Below, in pieces: positions 54,988 through 64,000 of a stretch of DNA of 64,000 nt; position 1 is the stretch's first letter, and each line of letters opens with the position of its first letter. The position numbers and the translations under genes are program-made. Origin of the DNA: Patescibacteria group bacterium. GTDB lineage: Bacteria > Patescibacteriota > Patescibacteriia > UBA9570. Under the pieces are notes generated by a model. The model had not been told where the DNA came from. It made no database searches and worked only from the letters and a program-made list of their open reading frames with translations. The stretch is from positions 226,268-290,267 of the forward strand of contig JBAZWO010000001.1 of the NCBI GenBank assembly GCA_041660305.1, written 5' to 3'.

Positions 54988-55575
54988 TTATTTTGAATGT
55001 TTACGTCTAGTATAATTTAGTAATTCTTCCGCTTTAATCTTAGCAGATTGTTCCAAAAAAAACCTATTTACTCCAGGAATTATCTTCAACCAAGCTCGAA
55101 TTAAACCTAATACCTTTTTTACCGTAAACGTAAACTTATCTACCATGTCCACAATTCTTTTAGCCACCTCTTCGCCTCTTTTTTTAAATTTGGCCTGCTG
55201 TTGCGGCGTCATTTTTTCAAACATTGGCTCTAAATCTTTAGCCATGATCTGTTCAATATCTTTTAGTTCCTGCGTTTTTTCATTAGTAACCACCACAGCA
55301 TCTTTAGCAGTAGAGCGTTTAATTACATAAGGCGATTCTTCTGGACGATCTTCTTGAACTTGCTTGTATTTTTCTAAAGCTTGCTCTACTGGACGTATTT
55401 GCTCTGGAGCAGCTGGAACTTCCGGCTGTAAAGTTTGCACTGGCTCCACTTTTGCTAGTTTTTCCGAAGATTCTGTAGCAGATTGATCAAGCTGTTTTTC
55501 TAATTGCTGCACGGTATGCAACAAATTTTCACTAGCCCCCTCCTTGGTTGTATGACTGATTTTATTGCTGGCCAT
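54988..55575 (-). CDS. Hypothetical charged protein
   Basis: The track ORF starts at a TTG (55584). The ATG at 55575 (MASNKISH) is more plausible. No motif recognised. Confidence 0.4.
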   Translation of the reverse strand: MASNKISHTTKEGASENLLHTVQQLEKQLDQSATESSEKLAKVEPVQTLQPEVPAAPEQIRPVEQALEKYKQVQEDRPEESPYVIKRSTAKDAVVVTNEKTQELKDIEQIMAKDLEPMFEKMTPQQQAKFKKRGEEVAKRIVDMVDKFTFTVKKVLGLIRAWLKIIPGVNRFFLEQSAKIKAEELLNYTRRKHSK

Positions 55576-55615
55576 TTGTAACAAATTATACCATATTTTT
55601 TAAATAAATTCAATT

Positions 55616-55690
55616 TGGTGCCCTCGAGAGGAATCGAACCTCTATTGCAAGTTCCGGAAACTTATGTCCTATCCATTGAACGACGAGGGC
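55616..55690 (-). tRNA. tRNA-Arg (anticodon CCG), CCA encoded
   Basis: Manual fold. Acceptor GCCCUCG/CGAGGGC. D arm GUUC-AAUGGAUA-GGAC. Anticodon stem UAAGU/ACUUG with loop UUCCGGA. T arm AGAGG-UUCGAUU-CCUCU. Ends A-CCA. Confidence 0.85.
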
Positions 55691-55745
55691 TTGCTTTCAG
55701 CATCATATCGAGAATTACTATTTCAAGCAACTATCCTACTAAGCC

Positions 55746-55771
55746 AAGAGGCGCTTGGTTAAGCGCCTCTT
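55746..55771. terminator. Strong hairpin between the RRM gene and tRNA-Arg
   Basis: AAGAGGCGCTTggttAAGCGCCTCTT. The U-rich flank is clearer on the + strand than on the - strand. Confidence 0.55.
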
Positions 55772-55799
55772 TAGAATATATTGCTAATTGAATAACAAT

Positions 55800-56108
55800 T
55801 TAGTAATCGCGACCACCACCATTGCCACCGCGGTTAAAACCACCACTGCGTGGGCGATCTTCTTTTGGTCTAGCTTCGTTTACCTTCAAACGACGACCAT
55901 CTAATTCTTGACCATCCCACATTTGAATAGCAGCTTGTGCAGCTTCATCTGTAGTTAGTTCTACGAAACCAAATCCTTTAGAACGACCAGTCATACGATC
56001 CATAATGATCGTAGCTGATTCTACTGGACCAGCCTGTTCAAAGGCTGCTTTTAAACCGTCTTGGGTAGTATTATATGAAATACCACCTACATATAGCTTT
56101 TTCGCCAT
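55800..56108 (-). CDS. RRM-type RNA-binding protein with a C-terminal RGG tail
   Basis: RNP2 KLYVGGISY, RNP1 KGFGFVEL, tail RSGGFNRGGNGGGRDY. Confidence 0.9.
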   Translation of the reverse strand: MAKKLYVGGISYNTTQDGLKAAFEQAGPVESATIIMDRMTGRSKGFGFVELTTDEAAQAAIQMWDGQELDGRRLKVNEARPKEDRPRSGGFNRGGNGGGRDY

Positions 56109-56356
56109 AAATCCTTACCTAACTAATAATTAACTTGTAGAACATCGCGTTTTTGTTAACACGCATCTACAGTACTTAACTATACTACTTAACTATATTT
56201 TTGGCAATAGGGACGACTATAAAATCAAAATAGTTATCTGATGTAATCACTTCATAACTAGCATTATCATAGCTACTTTTTTAGATGATCGTTAACGATT
56301 AATCATAAATAGAGTGCATTGCGCTCACCTAAATTATATTTTTACTATACGAAAAT

Positions 56357-58153
56357 TCAAACAAGCAACCCGAATAATTTAACAAATAACCAAGAAATAA
56401 TTAAAAATAAAACTGAAAAAACCGGAATAAAAACAAACTTCATTTTATCTTTTGGCTGCAATGACCAGGTTGAATAATCAGCTTTTTTTAACTGTTCAAA
56501 TAATCGTTTATCTTCTGGTTTTATTCTAATAATTATAAAACCTATTATTATAGCGGCCATTGGCACACAACCAGAAAAAAACAAACTAATAAGCGCGGAT
56601 ATAACTTCTGGTGAATTAATCAGTTTGTTAAATATAATGAAAAACAAGAAAAAGTTAACTAATAAATATGGTATAAAAATGATAAATAAAATAGTAGCCG
56701 CTATTTTTTTCTTTAAATACCCTTGTTGTTTGAATGTTGTAATGATTGGTTCAACATTTAAATTTTTATTTTTTGTACCAACAAAAATAATCGTTACTAA
56801 CAAACCAAATAAAGACAGTAAATTAGCCAAGCCAATTAACCCAAGCTTAATGGGTTGTCTTCTTAAATATTTGAAGCTTATCAAGCCAGCTAAAATTCCG
56901 GCTAACATTGAACTTAGTGTTAGAAAAACACTTATTACAAAACCTGAATTGTTTATAAAAAAAGTAGCAATATATGTTTTAGCAGGCGCTCGCGTTCTTA
57001 ACCATAAATCATCGGTAAAAAATTTTGCCGGTGCATTAATATCTATTTTAGTGTATTTAATGTTGATATCTACTCCATTATAAAAATTTTTTAAATCGCC
57101 AGCTGAATCAATATTACCGTTAATGTAATAGTTAGTTGTTGTGTAATATTTTATGTCTTGAAAAATTTTTGGAGTAACATGGCCAATTACTTTAATTGAT
57201 GCTGGAATAGTTTTGCTGCCATAAACACTGGTTGGTAGTAATGGAAAATAGAGTTCTTTTGTGGGAAAGGTTACAAACACTCCTTTTTGATTAATAGGGT
57301 TAGATTTTATATTCGTGGCTGTAATTATTGCTGGATTATTTTGAACAACCAACATTAATTCCTGCAACACCGTGCTGCCCTGTGAAGATTTTAAATAATC
57401 TATTGAATTTTTAGCTATATTAAATCCAGGATACTTTTTTTTCATGCTAAGCACTACCTTATAAAAATTAGGGTAGTGAAAATAATTTTCCAGATTATTT
57501 TTAAAATCTTCAACTGAAATTATTTTTTTCGAAGTTTTTATCCATGAAACCACAAATGAATACTCTTGACCAATATAATTATCTAACACTGGAATTGCGC
57601 CATCTTCAATTTTTAAACCTTTATCTTTTAAATAATTATACAAACCATCGGCTGTTTTGGCAGTGATAATTTCGGTAGTAACACCTTCTTTTTCTAAATG
57701 TTCATAAACTTTAATATCATTTTTAGGTGCATCAAGAGCGCCACCAAAGTGCAGCAAGTTATCATTTACATAAAAAGGTATGGTATATAATTGCGTTGTT
57801 TGTAATAAATTATAACCCGCAGAAAGCTTAGCCTGGGCTGTCTTAGAAACATCGTCTCCATGTAATTCTGGTAAATATTTTACCACATCAATAACTACTT
57901 TATTTGGATCAGCCGGAACAGGAAAAAACCAAACCATATCATTGCTGCTTTCTTCATAACCAATACTAATAATCATTTTTTGCAGTCCATTCTCATAATT
58001 AATAAATGCCTGCTGACTGCTTTCATTGGCATAATCCCATTGATCTGAATAAGGTTTGGATTCTATTAATGCTCCATCTGCTAAAACTTGTTTTGGAATA
58101 AAAATAAATACACTCAGAACTAAAAAAAACCGTGTCATAAATATTTCTTTCAT
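56357..58153 (-). CDS. Large membrane protein with an N-terminal extracytoplasmic domain (possibly DUF2330-like)
   Basis: Signal/TM segment. QQAFINYENGLQKMIISI...MVWFFPVPADP resembles the DUF2330 pattern as I remember it. The C-terminal half has multiple TM helices. Confidence 0.4.
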   Translation of the reverse strand: MKEIFMTRFFLVLSVFIFIPKQVLADGALIESKPYSDQWDYANESSQQAFINYENGLQKMIISIGYEESSNDMVWFFPVPADPNKVVIDVVKYLPELHGDDVSKTAQAKLSAGYNLLQTTQLYTIPFYVNDNLLHFGGALDAPKNDIKVYEHLEKEGVTTEIITAKTADGLYNYLKDKGLKIEDGAIPVLDNYIGQEYSFVVSWIKTSKKIISVEDFKNNLENYFHYPNFYKVVLSMKKKYPGFNIAKNSIDYLKSSQGSTVLQELMLVVQNNPAIITATNIKSNPINQKGVFVTFPTKELYFPLLPTSVYGSKTIPASIKVIGHVTPKIFQDIKYYTTTNYYINGNIDSAGDLKNFYNGVDINIKYTKIDINAPAKFFTDDLWLRTRAPAKTYIATFFINNSGFVISVFLTLSSMLAGILAGLISFKYLRRQPIKLGLIGLANLLSLFGLLVTIIFVGTKNKNLNVEPIITTFKQQGYLKKKIAATILFIIFIPYLLVNFFLFFIIFNKLINSPEVISALISLFFSGCVPMAAIIIGFIIIRIKPEDKRLFEQLKKADYSTWSLQPKDKMKFVFIPVFSVLFLIISWLFVKLFGLLV

Positions 58154-58189
58154 AATAACATTTTATTATTCATTTATTTTTATATTTTA

Positions 58190-60682
58190 CTATTTTTTTA
58201 GCAAGAACCAATGATAAAACATTATTTTTACTAGCTGTACCAAAATTAAATAAATAAACACTAACCCCCCTAGTGCTAATAACATGGCTAACGATAACGA
58301 AGCAAATTGCATCCACTTACCTACTATAATATAAGGAATAACCCAGCCAATTACCACTGCCAGCAATGTACTAATAAATAATAACCGACTAGGCGAGCTT
58401 TGTAAAAATGGAATTTTTCTGGTGCGAATAACATAGATAACCAGTGTTTGTGTGGCTAAAGATTCCATGAACCAAGCGGTTTGAAATTGTGGGATAGACG
58501 GCTGAAACCAAAACCACATTACACCAAAAGTTAAAAAATCAAACAATGAACTAACCGGGCCAAACACAACCATGTATTTACGAATAAATTTCATGTCCCA
58601 CTTTAATGGTTTTTTAATATCTTGTGCATCCACTTTATCGGTAGACAACGTAAACTGTGAAATATCGTATAACAGATTATTTAATAAAATTTGTGAGGGT
58701 AGCATTGGAAAAAACGGTAAAAATAATGATAACCCCGTCATGGAAAACATGTTACCAAAATTGGAACTCAATCCCATCATGATATATTTCATGGTATTTT
58801 GAAACGTTTTCCGCCCTTCTACCACACCATCTTTTAGCACCAATAAACTTTTCTTTAATAAAATTACATCGGCGGTTTCTTTAGCCACGTCCACCGCGTT
58901 ATTTACCGAAATTCCCACATCGGCCGCTTTCAGAGCCGGCGCATCGTTAATACCGTCGCCAATATACGCCACTACATTGTTGGCCTGTTTTAAATTAATA
59001 ATAATCCGCTCTTTTTGAGCCGGATTAATACGCGCAAAAACAGTAGTTTCACTAACCACTGTTTGTAATTGAATATCATTTAATGCATCAACGTCTTTAC
59101 CTAACATAATCTTTTGCACAGATAATCCAATGTCGCTGCAAATTTTCTTGGTGAGCAACTCGTTATCGCCGGTAATTATTTTTACCGCAATGCCTAGCTC
59201 CTGTAATTCCTGTACCGCTTTAGCGGCCGTATCTTTCGGCGGATCATAAAACGCCACAAAGCCCATGAATGTTAAATCGTGTTCTTCTGTTTTACTATAA
59301 CTACCCGTTTGCGCTTGAATGTTGCGATAAGCCACCCCTAACACCCTAAAACCATCTTGGCTTAAATTGTTAAATTGTTCGTGTAGAATTTTAACCGTAG
59401 CATTATCCAACACCTTAACTTGCTCTCCTTTTTTATAAGTGGTACAGACAGAAAAAATATCTTCCGGTGCGCCTTTGGTTAATAATAGGTGCTTTTGTTG
59501 GCATTGCACCACAATGGAAGAGCGGCGGCGCACAAAATCAAACGGAATTTCGTCTATTTTTTTATATAGCTTAACATTTAAATGTTTGAATAATTTAATA
59601 GCGCTATCTAGCGGCGTACTAATGCCGGTGTGAAACAAGCTGGTAAGATACGCGTATAACAAAACCGGTTCGGATGTATTACCAAATCCATCAATATGCT
59701 TAACCAACGCGATTCTATCTTCCGTTAACGTGCCGGTTTTATCGGTACATAATACATTAGTGCTACCTAAATTTTGAATAGCGGATAATTTTTTTACAAT
59801 CACGTCTTTTTTAGACATGCGCAGAGAACCATGGCTTAAACCAAGTGCAATCACAATTGGCAATAATTCCGGAGTTAGCCCAATGGCTACGGCTAACGCA
59901 AAAATAAACGATTCCATTATGCCCTGCTGTTTAAAAGCATTCACCGCAAACACTACAATAACCAACACAAAAATTACCCGCAAAATAAGATAACTGAATT
60001 TTTTAATGCCTTTTTCAAAATCCGTTTCGGATTTATCAGTAGATAACCGTTGGGCAATATCGCCAAATTGTGTGCGGCTACCAGTTAAGGCTATTTCTAC
60101 CGTGGCATAACCAGTTACTACGCTGCTGCCCATGACTACGCTATCATTGCGTTCGGCTACCGGCTTTAAATTAACTAAAGCATTATTATTAATTACAGCC
60201 GCTTTTTCCACTGGAAACGATTCTCCGGTTAACGCCGATTGATTCACAAAAAAATCATCCGCTTCCCTAACCCAACCATCCGCCGGTACCACATCACCGG
60301 CACTTAACAAAATAATATCGCCCGGCACAATGGCTTTGATGGGAATTTCTAGCTCTTTCCCATCACGCCGCACCGTAGCGGTAACAGTAACTTTAGCAAT
60401 CAAACTAGCTACCGCTTTTTCGGATTTACTTGTATTCACAAAATCTAATAACGCCGACACAAACACCATTACTAAAATAATAGCCGCGTCTATCCGTTCA
60501 CCCATGAACATGGAAATAACCGAAGCGCCAATTAAAATAAGTAGCAATGGATTGGCAAATGTTTTAAAAAACGCCGCCGCCGGCTTCATTTTTTTACGTT
60601 TAGCCAAGGTATTTTCGCCATACTGCTCTAAACGTTGCTGTACTTCAGCACTAGTTAAGCCAGAATATTGTTCTTTAGCCAT
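58190..60682 (-). CDS. mgtA: P-type ATPase, MgtA-like (Mg2+-importing type)
   Basis: DKTGTLT, TGDN, GDGINDAPALKAADVGI. TM4 TPELLPIVI resembles the MgtA PEMLP motif rather than the Ca-ATPase PEGLP. I prefer the start MAKEQY at 60682. Confidence 0.75.
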   Translation of the reverse strand: MAKEQYSGLTSAEVQQRLEQYGENTLAKRKKMKPAAAFFKTFANPLLLILIGASVISMFMGERIDAAIILVMVFVSALLDFVNTSKSEKAVASLIAKVTVTATVRRDGKELEIPIKAIVPGDIILLSAGDVVPADGWVREADDFFVNQSALTGESFPVEKAAVINNNALVNLKPVAERNDSVVMGSSVVTGYATVEIALTGSRTQFGDIAQRLSTDKSETDFEKGIKKFSYLILRVIFVLVIVVFAVNAFKQQGIMESFIFALAVAIGLTPELLPIVIALGLSHGSLRMSKKDVIVKKLSAIQNLGSTNVLCTDKTGTLTEDRIALVKHIDGFGNTSEPVLLYAYLTSLFHTGISTPLDSAIKLFKHLNVKLYKKIDEIPFDFVRRRSSIVVQCQQKHLLLTKGAPEDIFSVCTTYKKGEQVKVLDNATVKILHEQFNNLSQDGFRVLGVAYRNIQAQTGSYSKTEEHDLTFMGFVAFYDPPKDTAAKAVQELQELGIAVKIITGDNELLTKKICSDIGLSVQKIMLGKDVDALNDIQLQTVVSETTVFARINPAQKERIIINLKQANNVVAYIGDGINDAPALKAADVGISVNNAVDVAKETADVILLKKSLLVLKDGVVEGRKTFQNTMKYIMMGLSSNFGNMFSMTGLSLFLPFFPMLPSQILLNNLLYDISQFTLSTDKVDAQDIKKPLKWDMKFIRKYMVVFGPVSSLFDFLTFGVMWFWFQPSIPQFQTAWFMESLATQTLVIYVIRTRKIPFLQSSPSRLLFISTLLAVVIGWVIPYIIVGKWMQFASLSLAMLLALGGLVFIYLILVQLVKIMFYHWFLLKK

Positions 60683-60730
60683 AATTACTCTATATTTTAC
60701 CACAAAAATGGCTTGCTGTCAAAAAAAATT

Positions 60731-60881
60731 CTACCTCTATCCCCGACCCTTTCCCCTAAACATCCTACCTCACTCCCCCTACCCCCTCTCTCCTCTGAGG
60801 AGAGAGGGGGAATTAAATATTAATTTTATTTTCTCCCTTCTTCCCTGTGGCCGCGGGGAAGAAGAACTGGAGATGAAGTAG
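60731..60881. repeat. Nested pyrimidine/purine palindromic element, copy B3 (in the divergent mgtA / DHS-like promoter region)
   Basis: CTACCTCTATCCCCGACCCTTTCCCCTAA...CCTACCTCAC. Hairpins CCCCCTCTCTCCTCTgaGGAGAGAGGGGG and CTTCTTCCC..GGGGAAGAAG. Confidence 0.8.
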
Positions 60882-60928
60882 AAAGTTTAGTATTGTTATA
60901 AAAACATATATCATATAAAATAAGCTTT

Positions 60929-62035
60929 ATGAAACAATCCACATTAAAAAAACTATCTCCTAACTTACGCAAGCACATTGTCATGCAAACTGGTGCCAGC
61001 ACTAAACTAGGCACGCTTACTAGTAAAGTTAAAAAGAGCGGCACGCCGGTGGCCACGTTCGCGGAACAAACCTTAAACCACTGCAATGCCGGCAGCACGT
61101 TGCAAGCAGCGTTGTGGTTAAAAGAACATTTAAAAAATGGTGGAAAATTGGTAGTAACTATTTCTGGAGCGTTGAGCTCGTTTCAAGTGGGTGTAATGTT
61201 AGCTGAATTGATTCGCCAAAATAAAGTGCACTTAATTTCCGCCACCGGTGCTAACCACGAAGAATCCTATTACCGCTACGTGGCTCATTCGCACTATGCT
61301 TACATTCCGCGTTACACAGAATTAACTCCGGAACAAGAAGCCGAATTGCGCGATGCCGGTTTACGCCGCATTACCGATACGTTTTTACCAGAAGACGAAA
61401 GCGTGCGCATTATGGAACCTCATTTATTAAAAATGTGGCAAACGGCGCAAAAAAATAATGAGCGCTATTTTCCACACGAGTATTTCCGCCGGCTTTTTTC
61501 TGAAAAACTCATTCAGCCAGATGCCCAGGCTAATCCGGCTGATTGTTGGACACTAGCCGCTTACGAAAAAAACATTCCTATTGTAGTACCCGGTTTTGAA
61601 GATTCCACCATGGGCAACATTTTTGCCAGCTATACCTATGCCGGAAAATACCGCCAAGATAAAACAGTAGTGCTAGATCCTAAAATAATGAAAACCGGCA
61701 TAGAATATTTTACTTGGCTATACGATTGGTACATGGCCGAATCTAAAAAACACCCCATTGCCTTTTTGCAATTAGGTGGTGGTATTGCCGCTGATTTCCC
61801 TATTTGCGTTGTGCCGTCTTTGAAACACGATTTAGGCCTGCATAATAAAGTGCGCGATTGGGCCGGTTTTATCGAAATCGGCTCATCGCCTATGTCGTTC
61901 GGCTCTTATTCCGGCGCCGGCGGTAAAGAAAAAATCACTTGGGATAAATTATCCACTAAGAGTTATTACCAAATTATTCAAAGCGATGTAACCGTAGTAT
62001 TCCCCTGGATGGCGGCTATACTATTGGGATTGTAG
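60929..62035 (+). CDS. Deoxyhypusine synthase-like protein
   Basis: VVTISGALSSFQVGVMLAELIRQNKVHLISATGANHEES and ...LQLGGGIAADFPI match the DHS-family layout as I remember it. Confidence 0.65.
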   Translation: MKQSTLKKLSPNLRKHIVMQTGASTKLGTLTSKVKKSGTPVATFAEQTLNHCNAGSTLQAALWLKEHLKNGGKLVVTISGALSSFQVGVMLAELIRQNKVHLISATGANHEESYYRYVAHSHYAYIPRYTELTPEQEAELRDAGLRRITDTFLPEDESVRIMEPHLLKMWQTAQKNNERYFPHEYFRRLFSEKLIQPDAQANPADCWTLAAYEKNIPIVVPGFEDSTMGNIFASYTYAGKYRQDKTVVLDPKIMKTGIEYFTWLYDWYMAESKKHPIAFLQLGGGIAADFPICVVPSLKHDLGLHNKVRDWAGFIEIGSSPMSFGSYSGAGGKEKITWDKLSTKSYYQIIQSDVTVVFPWMAAILLGL

Positions 62036-62037
62036 AA

Positions 62038-62090
62038 ACACTGATGACACAGATTAATTCTGATGTCACTGATAAAATACAAAATTCACG
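62038..62090. repeat. CTGAT-motif repeat related to the arms of the 24756-24906 palindrome
   Basis: CTGATGACACAGATTAATTCTGATGTCACTGATAAAATACAAAATT shares CACAGAT(T)AATTCTGAT and CACTGATAAA(A)TACAAA(A)TT with 24759-24807. Confidence 0.6.
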
Positions 62091-62102
62091 TTAAATATGC
62101 TC

Positions 62103-63491
62103 CTATTTTTTGAATTCCTCCAAAACACGCCTTAATTTTGCAATAACGCCGGCGGCTAAAAACCCGCTTTCCTTTACTATTCCTTCTAATGAAGCGGCAA
62201 TAGCTTTTTTATCGCCCTGCCGAGCTGTTTTTTCTTCTGCTAATTGCCGTTGAGCGCTGTTGAGTTCTGTTGTTAATGTATTATTATCAACCTTTAATGT
62301 ATCATTATCAGTATTAGCGGCTCTTAAATCATTGCTTATTCTTGTACGATCTGTCCGTAAAATTCCTAGCTGTTCTACGGCGTCTTGCAATCGTGCTTCT
62401 AAACCTGTTTTCAGATCTATTTTATCGCGTTTTGCTTGTTCAAGAGCCTCAACAAGATTTTCTCTAGTCATTAAGTTTGGCGGCAATTCCGTTATGCCGG
62501 CAACCGGCCGTTCGGCATATTTTCGAAATTCTTTTACCCGCTTATTAAAATCGGCCTGTGCTACCGCTGAAGTTTCACCACCGGGTGCAACCGCGAATAC
62601 ATTACCGTCTCTGGCTGTTTCAAACTTCCAACTTAGCTTTTCAAATGCTGGAAAATATGATTTAGATAATACGCCTTTTTGATGCAGCCCATAATTATCT
62701 ATGCGGTCATGTACATTTGGATCAATGGCATTTTTCACCGCTCTGGCCGCTAGAGCATCCTTAATCATTGCTGGATCTACTAAAACACTTCCTTCACGAA
62801 CATACCACACTATATCACGATTAACGTTATTCATAGAAAAGTGTTCATTTAAACTCGGTCTACCATTTTCTTTCACGCCTTCATAAACAACGGCTAATGG
62901 TTCAAAACTATCATTCTGAACCTGTGATACAAGTGTATCACCGAACACGGCTAGATTCTTAATCACTCGCATGGCTAATGAATCAGCGTGTTCATTTGTT
63001 AATAAATCTTTTACCGTTTTTTGTCCTATTATGTTTCCTTCTGCCCGCACACTAGCTAACTCGTTTAAACAAGTATATATTTCTTGTAAAACTGATTGTA
63101 ACTGTTCCAAAGTAGCATCTTGTAAAGTGTCGCGGATAATACGTTCATGCAAACCGGCCGTAACCCGCCCTACTCGCACATTTTTAGTTAATTTTTCTAC
63201 TTCTTTTTTATTTTCTCCACTCCTATAACTATTACTTTGTACTTCATCGATATATTTTTGTCTTGTCTCTCCTGACTCAACTTGTACTAAATTCTGCGTC
63301 GTCCAACGTTCATAATGCCCATTCACGGCCTGCACAATAGCGCTCAATTCATGTTCTCTAGGATCCGTTTCGACCTCTGTTTCACCAGCTAGACCATCTT
63401 GCTCTTGTTGATGTTCTTGTCCCAAACCACCTTCACTACCCCCCCCTCTTAGGTTTGTTTCCAAATGTGATCCTCTTGGTTCTTGTGCCAT
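62103..63491 (-). CDS. Hypothetical protein (disordered N-terminus, C-terminal coiled coil)
   Basis: 462-aa ORF. The last ~100 aa have heptad character. No catalytic motif recognised. Confidence 0.4.
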   Translation of the reverse strand: MAQEPRGSHLETNLRGGGSEGGLGQEHQQEQDGLAGETEVETDPREHELSAIVQAVNGHYERWTTQNLVQVESGETRQKYIDEVQSNSYRSGENKKEVEKLTKNVRVGRVTAGLHERIIRDTLQDATLEQLQSVLQEIYTCLNELASVRAEGNIIGQKTVKDLLTNEHADSLAMRVIKNLAVFGDTLVSQVQNDSFEPLAVVYEGVKENGRPSLNEHFSMNNVNRDIVWYVREGSVLVDPAMIKDALAARAVKNAIDPNVHDRIDNYGLHQKGVLSKSYFPAFEKLSWKFETARDGNVFAVAPGGETSAVAQADFNKRVKEFRKYAERPVAGITELPPNLMTRENLVEALEQAKRDKIDLKTGLEARLQDAVEQLGILRTDRTRISNDLRAANTDNDTLKVDNNTLTTELNSAQRQLAEEKTARQGDKKAIAASLEGIVKESGFLAAGVIAKLRRVLEEFKK

Positions 63492-63628
63492 AAAATAATA
63501 ATAATAATAATAATTAAGGAAATAATACTCTAATTATACCTAATTTTTGGTTTTTGTCAAGGTTTTTTGTAAGTTTTTTTTCAAAGCGACGCCACAATGG
63601 TGTTTCCGTGGCTGGCGGATTTTAAGCT

Positions 63629-64000
63629 CTATTCCAATGCTTGTAATAAAGCTTTATTAAAGTAAATAGTGTATTTTTTCACTTTGAATTTCTTTAACAC
63701 TTTTTTCTTTTCTAAAAAATCAAAATATTGTGCTACTGTTTTACGATTCATATGTAAAACTTTACTAGCATGTTTTTGATTATAAAATGGATTAGAGACT
63801 AAATAATCAATCATACTATATAATGAAGCGCGTTTTGCTTTAGTAGTTAGCATTATTTTAAGCTCTGCTTCGATGTTTTTTAATTGTAATAGTCTATTAA
63901 TTGTATCAAGTGCTTGTGTTTCAACCGCTTGTAAAATAAAAAGGATCCAGTTTTTCCATTGCCGCTGTTCGGTAATTTCACGCAATAAATGATAATACTC
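63629..64000 (-). CDS. C-terminal part of a second Fic-family-like protein (the gene continues beyond the window end)
   Basis: The frame stays open to position 64000 (EYYHLLREITEQRQWKNWILFILQAV...), matching the region after the Fic core plus a wHTH (KVLHMNRKTVAQYFDFLEKKKVL). The Fic motif itself would lie outside the window. Confidence 0.55.
   Translation of the reverse strand, partial: EYYHLLREITEQRQWKNWILFILQAVETQALDTINRLLQLKNIEAELKIMLTTKAKRASLYSMIDYLVSNPFYNQKHASKVLHMNRKTVAQYFDFLEKKKVLKKFKVKKYTIYFNKALLQALE

Noticed and set aside
60330-60881. 183-aa + ORF running antisense through the mgtA 5' end and into repeat B3, and ORF 60826..61098(-)
   Set aside because: The first is the antisense shadow of a well-supported P-type ATPase gene, and both pass through low-complexity repeat sequence.
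1-64000. An alternative genetic code (for example UGA recoding, as in some reduced-genome lineages)
   Set aside because: Long uninterrupted ORFs with conserved motifs are obtained with the standard bacterial code, and genes end at all three stop codons.

Overview
64-kb window from a low-GC bacterial chromosome (hand-counted host coding lines are about 35-40% G+C). Almost every gene is on the - strand. The gene content resembles a small-genome, CPR/Patescibacteria-like organism, but I cannot assign taxonomy from sequence alone. Core genes: an amino-acid ABC transporter (453-2730), ssb, a minimal dcw cluster (mraZ-rsmH-ftsL-ftsI-murF, 8950-13800), two sensor kinases, an ABC-F ATPase, dnaX, a VirD4-like ATPase, tRNA-Gln(CUG), tRNA-Arg(CCG), an RRM RNA-binding protein, an MgtA-like P-type ATPase and a deoxyhypusine-synthase-like gene. 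There are many secreted beta-propeller, NHL and lipoprotein genes. The accessory part runs from about 29.7 to 47.6 kb and ends at tRNA-Gln. It holds a MacB-type ABC pair, a CPBP protease, a C39-like peptidase, three paralogous lipoproteins, ArsR, Fic, a racemase, LysE and MarR, and it is punctuated by several repeat families. The most unusual feature is at 39.07-42.55 kb. Four + strand genes of clearly foreign high-GC composition (one counted line is 65% G+C) each encode an FFGC-type lipoprotein precursor. Each is joined at its start codon to the same ~153-nt AT-rich leader, which folds into hairpins that show compensatory substitutions between copies. A fifth high-GC lipoprotein gene of the same signal-peptide type (an M23 peptidase) sits alone at 5.2-6.2 kb. 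All protein calls rest on motif recognition by eye. No database search, HMM, RNA-folding or statistics program was run.
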